Shown here: one piece after another, positions 18,408-26,890 of the stretch
Layout: every line of letters starts with the position of its first letter
How positions within the stretch are numbered: the stretch's first letter is position 1
Source of the DNA: Methanococcoides orientis
GTDB lineage: Archaea > Halobacteriota > Methanosarcinia > Methanosarcinales > Methanosarcinaceae
NCBI RefSeq assembly: GCF_021184045.1
Contig: NZ_CP073710.1
Coordinates: forward strand, 970,685 to 1,002,684
Direction: 5' to 3'
DNA: 32,000 nucleotides
Notes under the pieces: model-generated
What the model saw: only the letters and a program-made list of their open reading frames with translations
What the model was told of the DNA's origin: nothing
The model's database searches: none
Made by a program: the position numbers and the translations under genes

Positions 18408-19309
18408 AGATCGCCTTATTATCAAGAAACCGTAAGCTTTACTCATCCTGCCGCTTGATCGAAGCAGCCGAAGAAAGAGGACACGAAGTTCAGGTAATAG
18501 ATGTGTTAAGGGCTTATATGAACATCACATCCCACAAGCCAACCATTCACTACAAGGGTGAAGAGCTTGATGGATTTGATGCAGTTATCCCTCGCATAGG
18601 CGCATCCGTTACTTTCTATGGTACTGCAGTTCTCCGACAATTCGAAATGATGGGAGTTTACCCGTTGAACGAATCAGTTGCTATCACCCGATCCCGCGAT
18701 AAGCTCCGCTCCTTGCAGCTGCTTTCCCGCAAAGGAATAGGGCTGCCTGTAACAGGTTATGCCAGCAAGCCTGATGACATTAAAGACATGATCAAGATGG
18801 TAGGAGGTGCACCTCTTGTCGTCAAACTGCTGGAAGGTACACAGGGAATTGGTGTGGTACTGGCAGAGACTCAAAAGGCTGCTGAAAGTGTAATCGAAGG
18901 TTTCATGGGCGTAAAGGCAAACATCCTTGTCCAGGAATACATAAAAGAAGCAAGCGGAGCTGACATTCGCTGTTTCGTAATCGGTGGAAAAGTCGTTGCA
19001 GCCATGAAAAGGCAGGCACCATCAGGAGAGTTCAGGTCGAACATACACCGGGGAGGAACTGCGGAGATCATCAGGATCACACCGGAAGAGCGCTCTACCG
19101 CAGTACGTGCTGCAAAGATCATGGGGCTCAATGTTGCAGGTGTTGATCTTTTACGATCCAATCACGGACCTCTGGTAATGGAGGTAAATTCAAGCCCGGG
19201 TCTGGAAGGCATAGAAAAAGCAACTGGCAAGGATATTGCAGGTATGATCATAGACTATGTTGAGAAGAACTCTAAAACCGGCAAGACCAGAACACGTGGT
19301 AAAGGTTAA
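18404..19309 (+). CDS. rimK: RimK-family ATP-grasp alpha-L-glutamate ligase
   Basis: 301 aa. MKIALLSRN...[56 protein letters not shown] and [10 protein letters not shown]...[13 protein letters not shown] are characteristic of RimK/MptN/CofF-type ligases. Confidence 0.88.
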   Translation: MKIALLSRNRKLYSSCRLIEAAEERGHEVQVIDVLRAYMNITSHKPTIHYKGEELDGFDAVIPRIGASVTFYGTAVLRQFEMMGVYPLNESVAITRSRDKLRSLQLLSRKGIGLPVTGYASKPDDIKDMIKMVGGAPLVVKLLEGTQGIGVVLAETQKAAESVIEGFMGVKANILVQEYIKEASGADIRCFVIGGKVVAAMKRQAPSGEFRSNIHRGGTAEIIRITPEERSTAVRAAKIMGLNVAGVDLLRSNHGPLVMEVNSSPGLEGIEKATGKDIAGMIIDYVEKNSKTGKTRTRGKG

Positions 19310-19312
19310 TCT

Positions 19313-20362
19313 ATGCAGGAACCGATAACAATTGCAGGTATAACAATTCAGCCGGGAACAAGGACATCCATTGAATTACCAATCCCCAGCTTTTATACAC
19401 ATACCTCAGCGTCAATGCCGATCCATGTTGTACATGGAAATAAACCGGGACCTTGTCTGTTGATCTGTGCTGCTATCCACGGAGATGAGATCAATGGTGT
19501 TGAGATCATACGCCGTATCCTCACACACAAAACGCTCAACAAAATAAAAGGTACACTTATTGCAATTCCAATTGTAAATGTGTTCGGCTTTGTTTCCCAG
19601 TCCCGCTATTTGCCTGACAGACGTGATCTGAACCGATCATTCCCCGGTTCAAGATCCGGTTCAATGGCATCCCGTCTGGCAAATATGCTTATGACAGAGA
19701 TAATCGACCATTGTACCCATGTTATAGATCTTCATACAGGAGCCATTGCTCGGGAAAATCTACCACAGATCCGTGCCTGTTTGAGAGGGGAACCAGAAAC
19801 CGAAGCTATTGCACGTGCTTTTGGTGTACCTGTAATTATTAATTCTGAACTACGCGATGGATCGTTGCGAGAAGCAGCTCGTGAACATAATAATATACCG
19901 GTCCTTTTGTATGAAGCAGGCGAAGCACTCCGATTTGACGAAGTCTCTATTAGAGCAGGAGTAAGAGGAATCCTCGGAGTCATGTCTTATTTGGGAATGA
20001 GACCAAAAAGCAGGAAGAAGAAAGAGTATGAGACTCTTATTTCCAGATCTACCCAATGGGTCAGAGCTCCGGAAAGTGGAATACTACGTTCAGTTATTCC
20101 TCTGGGAACTCTGGTTAAAAAAGGCGATATATTAGCCTACATAAATGACCCATTAGGGGAGATCGAAACGAACGTAACAAGCACAGTATCAGGGATCGTC
20201 ATCGGAAAAACGAACCTCCCACTTGCACATGAAGGTGAAGCTATTTTCCATATCGCAAAATTTGTGAAGGAAGAAGAAATCTCAAATTACATCGAAACAT
20301 ATCACGATGAACTTGACCCTCTAACTGATGAAGTAAAAAGTGAGCAAGTGCCTCTGGTGTAA
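19313..20362 (+). CDS. Succinylglutamate desuccinylase/aspartoacylase (AstE/AspA, M14-like) family zinc hydrolase
   Basis: Zinc-ligand pattern AAIHGDEINGVE plus downstream DLHTG. 349 aa. It starts 3 nt after the rimK stop. Confidence 0.75.
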   Translation: MQEPITIAGITIQPGTRTSIELPIPSFYTHTSASMPIHVVHGNKPGPCLLICAAIHGDEINGVEIIRRILTHKTLNKIKGTLIAIPIVNVFGFVSQSRYLPDRRDLNRSFPGSRSGSMASRLANMLMTEIIDHCTHVIDLHTGAIARENLPQIRACLRGEPETEAIARAFGVPVIINSELRDGSLREAAREHNNIPVLLYEAGEALRFDEVSIRAGVRGILGVMSYLGMRPKSRKKKEYETLISRSTQWVRAPESGILRSVIPLGTLVKKGDILAYINDPLGEIETNVTSTVSGIVIGKTNLPLAHEGEAIFHIAKFVKEEEISNYIETYHDELDPLTDEVKSEQVPLV

Positions 20363-20536
20363 ATTTCTGGATTGTAATGGCAGTAATAATGAACAGAACT
20401 ATAGCTCAAAAACTCCAGAAAGCACAATTATACATCAGAACAAGATTGAAGATATCCAATCATACAGAAATTGTTTTATTTCGTGCCCGCATATTATGAT
20501 TAACACTGTTTCATACACGGAGTGAATCACTTAATC

Positions 20537-21559
20537 ATGAATGATATCATTATCTGGTTACTTATTGTTCTTTGTCTGAGCCAATCAGCTCTGTTTTCGG
20601 GATTGACCATCGGTCTTTTTGGAGTAAGCCGCCTCAGGCTTGAGATCGAGGCCGAAGCTCACAACATACATGCAATAAAGGTCCTGAAGCTGAGGAAGGA
20701 CCCGCACTTGCTGCTTTCCACCCTTTTGTGGGGTAATGTGGGTGTCAACGTACTGCTCACCCTCTTAACGGACTCAGTAATGATAGGTAGCTCTGCTTTC
20801 ATCTTCTCCACTGTGTTTATCACCTGTTTCGGAGAGATCCTTCCACAGGCATATTTCACAAGAAATGCCCTGAAGATGGGAGCTTCACTGACACCCCTTG
20901 TCAGGTTCTACATAATGCTGTTGTATCCTGTCACAAAACCTTCCGCAATGGTGCTTGACAGATGGCTTGGTACGGAGAAACTTGAGTTCTTCAAGGAAAC
21001 ATCCCTGAGGATAATGCTGCAGAAGCACATCAGGGAGGATACCAGTGACATCGACAGGCTGGAAGGAGTTGGTGCCCTCAATTTCCTCTCACTGGATGAC
21101 CTCAGCATAAAGCAGGAAGGTTCCATTATAGACCAGAATTCCATAATTGAGATAGAATCATATAACAATCGACCGATCTTCCCCGAGATAGGGACCCCGG
21201 AGTTTGAGGAACTGCTACAGAAGATAGCCAAACCTGCCAAGAAGTGGATAATCGCTGTCGATGAAAACGATTATCCTGTCGTGGCCATCGATTCCACGTC
21301 GTTCATAAGGGATGCGATCTACAAAAGGCCATTCTACCCACTAAGATATTGCCATGTCCCTATAATCGTAAAAAGCCCTAAGGAAAAAATAGGGGATGTC
21401 ATCCATAAGCTGAAGGTATATCCTGTCGATTCAGAGGATGATGTCATCGATAACGACCTCATACTTTACTGGAACGACGAGGATCCAGAAAAGATCGTCA
21501 TAACAGGTTCTGACATCCTTGGTCGCCTGTTCAGGGGTATCGTGAACAGGATGCGATAA
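20537..21559 (+). CDS. DUF21/CNNM-domain membrane protein (CorC/HlyC-like transporter-associated)
   Basis: Four predicted TM helices with the DUF21 hallmark FGEILPQAYF, followed by a soluble C-terminal region that may be a degenerate CBS pair. I prefer the ATG at 20537 over the GTG at 20522. Confidence 0.68.
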   Translation: MNDIIIWLLIVLCLSQSALFSGLTIGLFGVSRLRLEIEAEAHNIHAIKVLKLRKDPHLLLSTLLWGNVGVNVLLTLLTDSVMIGSSAFIFSTVFITCFGEILPQAYFTRNALKMGASLTPLVRFYIMLLYPVTKPSAMVLDRWLGTEKLEFFKETSLRIMLQKHIREDTSDIDRLEGVGALNFLSLDDLSIKQEGSIIDQNSIIEIESYNNRPIFPEIGTPEFEELLQKIAKPAKKWIIAVDENDYPVVAIDSTSFIRDAIYKRPFYPLRYCHVPIIVKSPKEKIGDVIHKLKVYPVDSEDDVIDNDLILYWNDEDPEKIVITGSDILGRLFRGIVNRMR

Positions 21560-21565
21560 AGACCT

Positions 21566-21600
21566 TCATTTTTTGTTTTTATATTTGTCGTTATTTTTTA
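21566..21600 (+). terminator. Oligo-T tract cluster, candidate archaeal terminator after the DUF21 gene
   Basis: T6 at 21569-21574, T5 at 21576-21580 and T6 at 21594-21599, immediately after the stop codon at 21557-21559. Confidence 0.4.
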
Positions 21601-21814
21601 TAATTATGAGGATTCAACAAAATGAAATCTTTGAATAGGCATTATTTCAACTGAAGACGTTGATTAAAGCAGATATCTTTTTATCCTATATTCCTTATTA
21701 AGAATCATTCCGGATTACACATTAACTAAATAAAAAAAGTATTGTGTTATCTAAGGGTGCATTTAATCTAATAAAACATGGTTATCACCAAAAAACAAGA
21801 CAGGATACTAAAAT

Positions 21815-22423
21815 ATGCGAGATTTTGTGATAATTGCCCATAAAGCCTTGACAACAGGCGACTTTTCCCTCAATGACATGCCCGGAGCAGCCGGCCGCAT
21901 GGATATCCTTTGCAGATGCATAAACTCATCATTGTTCTTATCCCACGATCTGAGAAGGGACGTTCAGGTTCATCTGGTATTACTTGGAGAACCGGAGCCT
22001 GAAAAGATAGTCCGTTTTGACGGAGAGCACATAAGATACCTGAACCCGGATGAGAGAAGTGCAGGTTCACTTATAAAGAAAGCACTCCAGAAAACAGCAG
22101 GCGAATGGGAAACACGCTCCACACCCGGAGTGTTCATTAAAAATGGTGGTCTTGACACCCTCCTGGCCGAATTCAGAGAAGCAGGAAGAAAGTTTATCTA
22201 CCTGCATGAAGATGGCGAAGATATACGCGAAGTTTCCGACCTTACAGATGATGCTGTGTTCATTCTTGGTGACCATGTTGGTGTCACTGAAGAGGAAGAA
22301 CAAATGATAAATGAGCAGGGAGCACAGACCATCTCCCTTGGCCCAATACCACTACACGCAGACCATTGCATAATACTGATCAACAATGAGATAGACAGGA
22401 CAATGGCAGAGAAGGTCCAGTAA
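21815..22423 (+). CDS. trmY: tRNA (pseudouridine54-N1)-methyltransferase TrmY (SPOUT, DUF358)
   Basis: MRDFVIIAHKALTTGDFSLNDMPGAAGRMDILCRCINSSLFLSHDLRRDVQVHLVL matches the TrmY N-terminal signature. ~200 aa. Adjacent to pus10. Confidence 0.8.
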   Translation: MRDFVIIAHKALTTGDFSLNDMPGAAGRMDILCRCINSSLFLSHDLRRDVQVHLVLLGEPEPEKIVRFDGEHIRYLNPDERSAGSLIKKALQKTAGEWETRSTPGVFIKNGGLDTLLAEFREAGRKFIYLHEDGEDIREVSDLTDDAVFILGDHVGVTEEEEQMINEQGAQTISLGPIPLHADHCIILINNEIDRTMAEKVQ

Positions 22424-22453
22424 TTTAAGGAACAGGAAGAAGGAAGTGACCAG

Positions 22454-23746
22454 GTGAACATACTCGATACTGCAAAGAAGATCATCCAGGAAGGACCCAT
22501 TTGTGACCACTGTATGGGAAGACAGTTCGCAAAGCTCTCCACCGGATTGACCAATGATCAAAGAGGACGTGCCGTTAAGCTCGCACTCGCTATGGAAGGC
22601 GACCGCATTAGCAAGGATGAGGGTGACAAAGAGATACTGGAAGAGTTAAGCAGCTCAAGTATCAACGCCCGTAAATCATTGAGGAAAGAAGGCGAAGATG
22701 AAAAATGCTGGGTATGCCTGGGACTTTTCGAGAAACTTGATGATTGGGCCGAGAGGGCTGAGATCGCACTCAAGGATTACGAATATTCTACGTTCCTTGT
22801 CGGAACAAAGATGAGCGGACTCCTGAGCGAGAACGAGGAGATACTCTGGACAGAGTCCGAAGCCACCCACGCGGAGCAGTTCAAGTCCGAACTTAACCGA
22901 GAAGTAGGAAAGCTCATTGCAAAAAGGACAAATAAAGAAGTTGAGCTTGATACTCCCGATATACTGGTGACACTTGATCTTGCTAACGAAGAGGTCATTC
23001 TTCAGGTGCGCTCGGTCTATATCCTTGGAAGGTACAGGAAACTTGTGCGAACCATACCGCAGACACGCTGGCCATGTCGGTCATGCAAGGGCAGAGGATG
23101 CGAGGCATGCAACTTCACCGGAAAGCAATATCCAGAATCAGTTGATGAACTTACCAAGGACCCTGTTATCGAAGCACTGCGCTGCACTGATACGAAGTTC
23201 CATGGTGCAGGTCGTGAGGACATCGATGCCCTGATGCTCGGTACCGGAAGACCTTTCGTAGTAGAGGCTGTTGAACCACTGCTTCGTACATGCGATCTTA
23301 AGAAAGTTGAGAAAGAGATCAATGAACGAGCCGCCGGCAAGATCGAAGTAATTGGTCTTACTTTTACACCAAAGGCCACTGTCGAGGCTCTCAAGAGCTC
23401 AAAGGCGGATAAAGTTTATAACCTTAAAGTTACATTCAAAGAGCAAATTCCAGAGGAGAAACTCAGATCGGCCATCAATGAACTCATTGGTGCACAGATC
23501 GGCCAGAGAACACCACAGCGTGTATCTCACAGAAGGGCTGATCTGGTACGTAAGCGAACCGTCCATGACATGAAGCTTAACGAACTGACCGAGGACTATG
23601 CAATGATCGAAGTTCATTGCGAGGGCGGCCTCTATGTCAAGGAACTGATATCCAGCGACGAAGGAAGAACAGTGCCAAGCCTTACAGGGCTCATCGGCAC
23701 ACAGGCTACCGTTGCCGAGCTGGACGTCATCGGAGTCGACATATAA
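22454..23746 (+). CDS. pus10: tRNA pseudouridine(54/55) synthase Pus10
   Basis: N-terminal zinc ribbon CDHC...CWVC, THUMP-like middle region, and catalytic block [21 protein letters not shown]. 430 aa. GTG start. Confidence 0.9.
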   Translation: MNILDTAKKIIQEGPICDHCMGRQFAKLSTGLTNDQRGRAVKLALAMEGDRISKDEGDKEILEELSSSSINARKSLRKEGEDEKCWVCLGLFEKLDDWAERAEIALKDYEYSTFLVGTKMSGLLSENEEILWTESEATHAEQFKSELNREVGKLIAKRTNKEVELDTPDILVTLDLANEEVILQVRSVYILGRYRKLVRTIPQTRWPCRSCKGRGCEACNFTGKQYPESVDELTKDPVIEALRCTDTKFHGAGREDIDALMLGTGRPFVVEAVEPLLRTCDLKKVEKEINERAAGKIEVIGLTFTPKATVEALKSSKADKVYNLKVTFKEQIPEEKLRSAINELIGAQIGQRTPQRVSHRRADLVRKRTVHDMKLNELTEDYAMIEVHCEGGLYVKELISSDEGRTVPSLTGLIGTQATVAELDVIGVDI

Positions 23747-23811
23747 GTCGGCTAACCATCAAATTTATCAAACATAGGTCTTATCCACGACCTGAACAAC
23801 GGAGGAAAATA

Positions 23812-24108
23812 ATGCCAACATCACACGGTGAAAGAAGCTGTACTAGGTACAAATTGAAGAAGACTGTTAGAGAAAGGGGACTCTCTCCTGTAAGCAAGGC
23901 AATCCAGGAATTCGATGACGGACAGATGGTCCACATCGATATCGATCCAAGCGTACAGAAGGGAATGCCAAACGCAAAGTTCCAGGGAAAGACTGGTAAG
24001 GTACTTGGACAGCGCGGAAGAGCTTACCTTTTACAGGTCAGGGACGGAAACTCTATGAAAGAGGTCATTTCCCTTCCACAGCACCTGAAACCACAGAAAT
24101 ACAACTAA
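23812..24108 (+). CDS. rpl21e: 50S ribosomal protein L21e
   Basis: [64 protein letters not shown]. The ATG at 23812 is preceded by GGAGG. The listed upstream extension overlaps the pus10 3' end. Confidence 0.92.
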   Translation: MPTSHGERSCTRYKLKKTVRERGLSPVSKAIQEFDDGQMVHIDIDPSVQKGMPNAKFQGKTGKVLGQRGRAYLLQVRDGNSMKEVISLPQHLKPQKYN

Positions 24109-24261
24109 GTTCATGTTCCAGACTAGCAATAGTCTGGACACTGACACATTCAGGTGTCGATAGATATATCTATAAAAACACCTATCTGAAAGATTACGTC
24201 CGCTACAACTGTGTGGCTCTCAAAACGGTAAACTATACTTAATTTCAAAGAGTGTATTTTA

Positions 24262-24615
24262 ATGATCGTCAAACAAGTTCAGAGTGAAGAGTTATTGACT
24301 GTTCCCGAAGTCAAGGAAATACTTAGCGAGATAATGGAAGAACGCACAGAACGCGGCGAAGAATTGGGATATGAGCTGCGCAAGGCTATCAACCATGCAG
24401 ACATGTTCGCAAAGATCAGTGCCGAAAAGTCCAGAGAACTTGTGAGCAAACTTCTTGAACTGGAGAAGATGAAACCTGAGATCGCAGTACATATTGCTGA
24501 TATCATACCTCAGAGCAGGGATGAGCTCAGGGCACTTTATGCAAAAGAGAGATTCACTTTGACCGAAGAAGAACTGGATACGATACTGAATCTGGTACTC
24601 GAGTCAATGGAATAA
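24262..24615 (+). CDS. rpoF: DNA-directed RNA polymerase subunit F (Rpo4/RpoF)
   Basis: 117 aa. Acidic helical protein with LTVPEVKEIL...ELRKAINHADMFAK. It sits in the conserved archaeal position between rpl21e and the DUF655 gene. Confidence 0.8.
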   Translation: MIVKQVQSEELLTVPEVKEILSEIMEERTERGEELGYELRKAINHADMFAKISAEKSRELVSKLLELEKMKPEIAVHIADIIPQSRDELRALYAKERFTLTEEELDTILNLVLESME

Positions 24616-24691
24616 TTTATATCTCATACTTTACTTTTTTTGATGGAGACAGTAAGTTTCATCACCGATGCACAACATACTGGAGGATACT

Positions 24692-25288
24692 ATGAGAAAG
24701 AGGGGAACACCACCTGAGAAAGAGGATTACGCATGGGTCCTTGATTACCTACCTTATGGCAGTACAACAGACAAGCGTCCGGCATACCAGAAGAAACCTC
24801 TGGTTCAGGCAGTTGGTGATAAACACTTTGTACTTATGGAGCTTGTTCCAAAAGAAGGAGCAAATCCACAGATACAGTCCCGCGTCTATATTGGTGACGG
24901 GGATAGAGATGAGATCGATCATGTAAAACACAGGATCCACTATCAGGAACTTAGCCATGGTGCACAGCTTGAAGTTCCTCATGTACTTGAGGAATGCGTC
25001 AGGCATCAGGAAGAGAAGTTCGTCAAGTTCTTCAACGAGGCACATCCCATAACAACAAGGCTGCATATGCTGGAGCTCCTACCTGGTATCGGCAAGAAGC
25101 TCATGTGGGCTATCATTGATGAGCGCAAGAAGGGCGAGTTCAAGAGCCTGAAGGACCTGCATGACCGTGTTGGCGGAGTACATACCCCTGAAAAGGTCAT
25201 TGTAAACCGTATTCTTGAAGAGCTTAAAGATGATAATATCAAATACAGGCTCTTTACAGTACCAATGCATCGTCCAAAAAATGATTAA
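24692..25288 (+). CDS. DUF655 domain protein (OB-fold + helix-hairpin-helix, putative RNA-binding)
   Basis: EDYAWVLDYLPYG N-terminal signature and LELLPGIGKKLMWAIIDERKKGEFKSLKDL HhH region. The ATG at 24692 is preceded by GGAGG. The ORF track starts at 24668. Confidence 0.75.
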   Translation: MRKRGTPPEKEDYAWVLDYLPYGSTTDKRPAYQKKPLVQAVGDKHFVLMELVPKEGANPQIQSRVYIGDGDRDEIDHVKHRIHYQELSHGAQLEVPHVLEECVRHQEEKFVKFFNEAHPITTRLHMLELLPGIGKKLMWAIIDERKKGEFKSLKDLHDRVGGVHTPEKVIVNRILEELKDDNIKYRLFTVPMHRPKND

Positions 25289-25305
25289 AGACAGGTGTCA
25301 TTGCC

Positions 25306-26118
25306 TTGGTAAGAAAAATTCTACAGAAATATGGCATCCAGGGCGGATGCCATGACCAACATTTTTTGATCGACGAACGAATTCTTGATTCTATTGCCGA
25401 AGAGGCAAACCTCTGCGAAGATGACGTTGTGCTTGAGATCGGAGGCGGCATCGGCAATCTTACAGAAAGGCTTTTGGAAAAAGCAGGAAAGGTCATAGTC
25501 ATAGAACTTGACCCCAGACTTGTAGAGGTCCTTAATGATCGTTTTTCCGATAATGACAAACTGGAGATCATCCCAGGCGATGTCCTGAAAACCGATCTTC
25601 CCAAATTCAATAAAGTTGTGGCAAACCTGCCATATTCGATATCCTCTCCAATCACATTCAAGCTCTTTGAGCATGAATTTGAACTGGGCGTACTGATGTA
25701 CCAGTATGAGTTCGCACAGCGTATGGTTGCAGAAGCCAATACCGAGGACTACAGCAGGCTCTCAGTTAACACACACTATTTTGCTGATACATCCATCATC
25801 ATGAAGATCCCCCCTTCAGCATTCTCACCACCTCCGGAAGTGTGGTCTGCCGTTGTGAAAGTTGTTCCTCGCCCATCACCATTCCAGGTTGATGAACCCG
25901 AATTTTTCCTGAACCTTGTTACCGCCGGGTTCCTTCAAAGGCGTAAAAAGCTCCGGAACGCAATTATCAAAGGTAATCATTTGTTAAAGGTCCCAAACAT
26001 CAAACAGATCGTTGATGAACTTCCAGAAGAGCAGATGAACAAGCGTGCTGAGAACCTTGAACCCCATGAACTTGCAGACATTGCCAATCACATCTGCAAA
26101 ATGAAGAACGCGATGTAA
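25306..26118 (+). CDS. rsmA: 16S rRNA (adenine-N6,N6)-dimethyltransferase RsmA/KsgA (Dim1)
   Basis: QHFLIDERIL, SAM motif VLEIGGGIGNLT and catalytic VANLPYSISSPI. TTG start in the ORF track. Confidence 0.9.
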   Translation: MVRKILQKYGIQGGCHDQHFLIDERILDSIAEEANLCEDDVVLEIGGGIGNLTERLLEKAGKVIVIELDPRLVEVLNDRFSDNDKLEIIPGDVLKTDLPKFNKVVANLPYSISSPITFKLFEHEFELGVLMYQYEFAQRMVAEANTEDYSRLSVNTHYFADTSIIMKIPPSAFSPPPEVWSAVVKVVPRPSPFQVDEPEFFLNLVTAGFLQRRKKLRNAIIKGNHLLKVPNIKQIVDELPEEQMNKRAENLEPHELADIANHICKMKNAM

Positions 26119-26123
26119 AGACC

Positions 26124-26741
26124 ATGGTAACGATCACCTACAGGAATGCGAACATAAATCTTGATGAGCAGGTCTACGACCCCGCTGAAGATTCCTATTT
26201 GCTTGCTGACGTTGCCATTGATAATGCAAAAGAAGGCATGAAAGTACTGGAGGTCGGTGCAGGTACCGGCTTTGTTTCAGCAGTCCTTCAGGAGAACGTC
26301 GATGTTGATCTTATTGCTACCGAGATCAGCCCGATTGCTGCCACCTGTGCAAGGGCGAGCGGTGTAGAGGTTATCAGGGCAAATATGTTCAATTGTTTTA
26401 AGCCCGGAAATATATTCGACCTCGTCCTTTTCAATCCACCCTACCTCCCCACATCAGAAGATGAGAAAGTTCCAGGATGGCTTAATTATGCTTTCGATGG
26501 CGGGCCTGATGGCAGGGATGCAGTAAATCGTTTCATTGATGAAGTTCCGGGATATCTCACCCGGAATGGAATTGTGCTTATTCTCATATCTTCACTTACA
26601 GGCATAGAGCAGGTAAAGGAACGCATGGTAGCATGTGGATTTGAAGTCGAGACCTGTGGCAGTGATAACTGCTTCTTTGAGGAACTGATAGTGGTTAAAG
26701 GCACTTTTCCGGACTCAGAAATTGATCTGCCAAAACTGTAA
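26124..26741 (+). CDS. HemK/PrmC-related SAM-dependent methyltransferase (putative release-factor Gln-N5 methyltransferase, Mtq2-like)
   Basis: SAM motif VLEVGAGTGFVS and substrate motif FNPPYLP. 205 aa. Confidence 0.75.
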   Translation: MVTITYRNANINLDEQVYDPAEDSYLLADVAIDNAKEGMKVLEVGAGTGFVSAVLQENVDVDLIATEISPIAATCARASGVEVIRANMFNCFKPGNIFDLVLFNPPYLPTSEDEKVPGWLNYAFDGGPDGRDAVNRFIDEVPGYLTRNGIVLILISSLTGIEQVKERMVACGFEVETCGSDNCFFEELIVVKGTFPDSEIDLPKL

Positions 26742-26890
26742 GTTAAATAATAGGTTTTGCACATATTGCACACAACTCTTATATACGATTCCAAACCATT
26801 TCTATTAGGGACAAGATCCCTGATTCATTTTATGATATAGCCTTCATGCAAAGAAGAGTCTGAGATTTGGAGTTAAAGGAGTGATAAAAG

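Noticed and set aside
20340-20525. 61-aa ORF in the gap between the AstE-like gene and the DUF21 gene.
   Set aside because: It overlaps the end of the upstream gene, has no RBS or recognisable motif, and its composition looks intergenic. It is most likely spurious.
23617-23811. Long Arg-rich N-terminal extension of the L21e ORF, overlapping the pus10 3' end.
   Set aside because: It is an alternative frame of the pus10 coding sequence. Canonical L21e starts at MPTSHGE (23812), which has a GGAGG Shine-Dalgarno.
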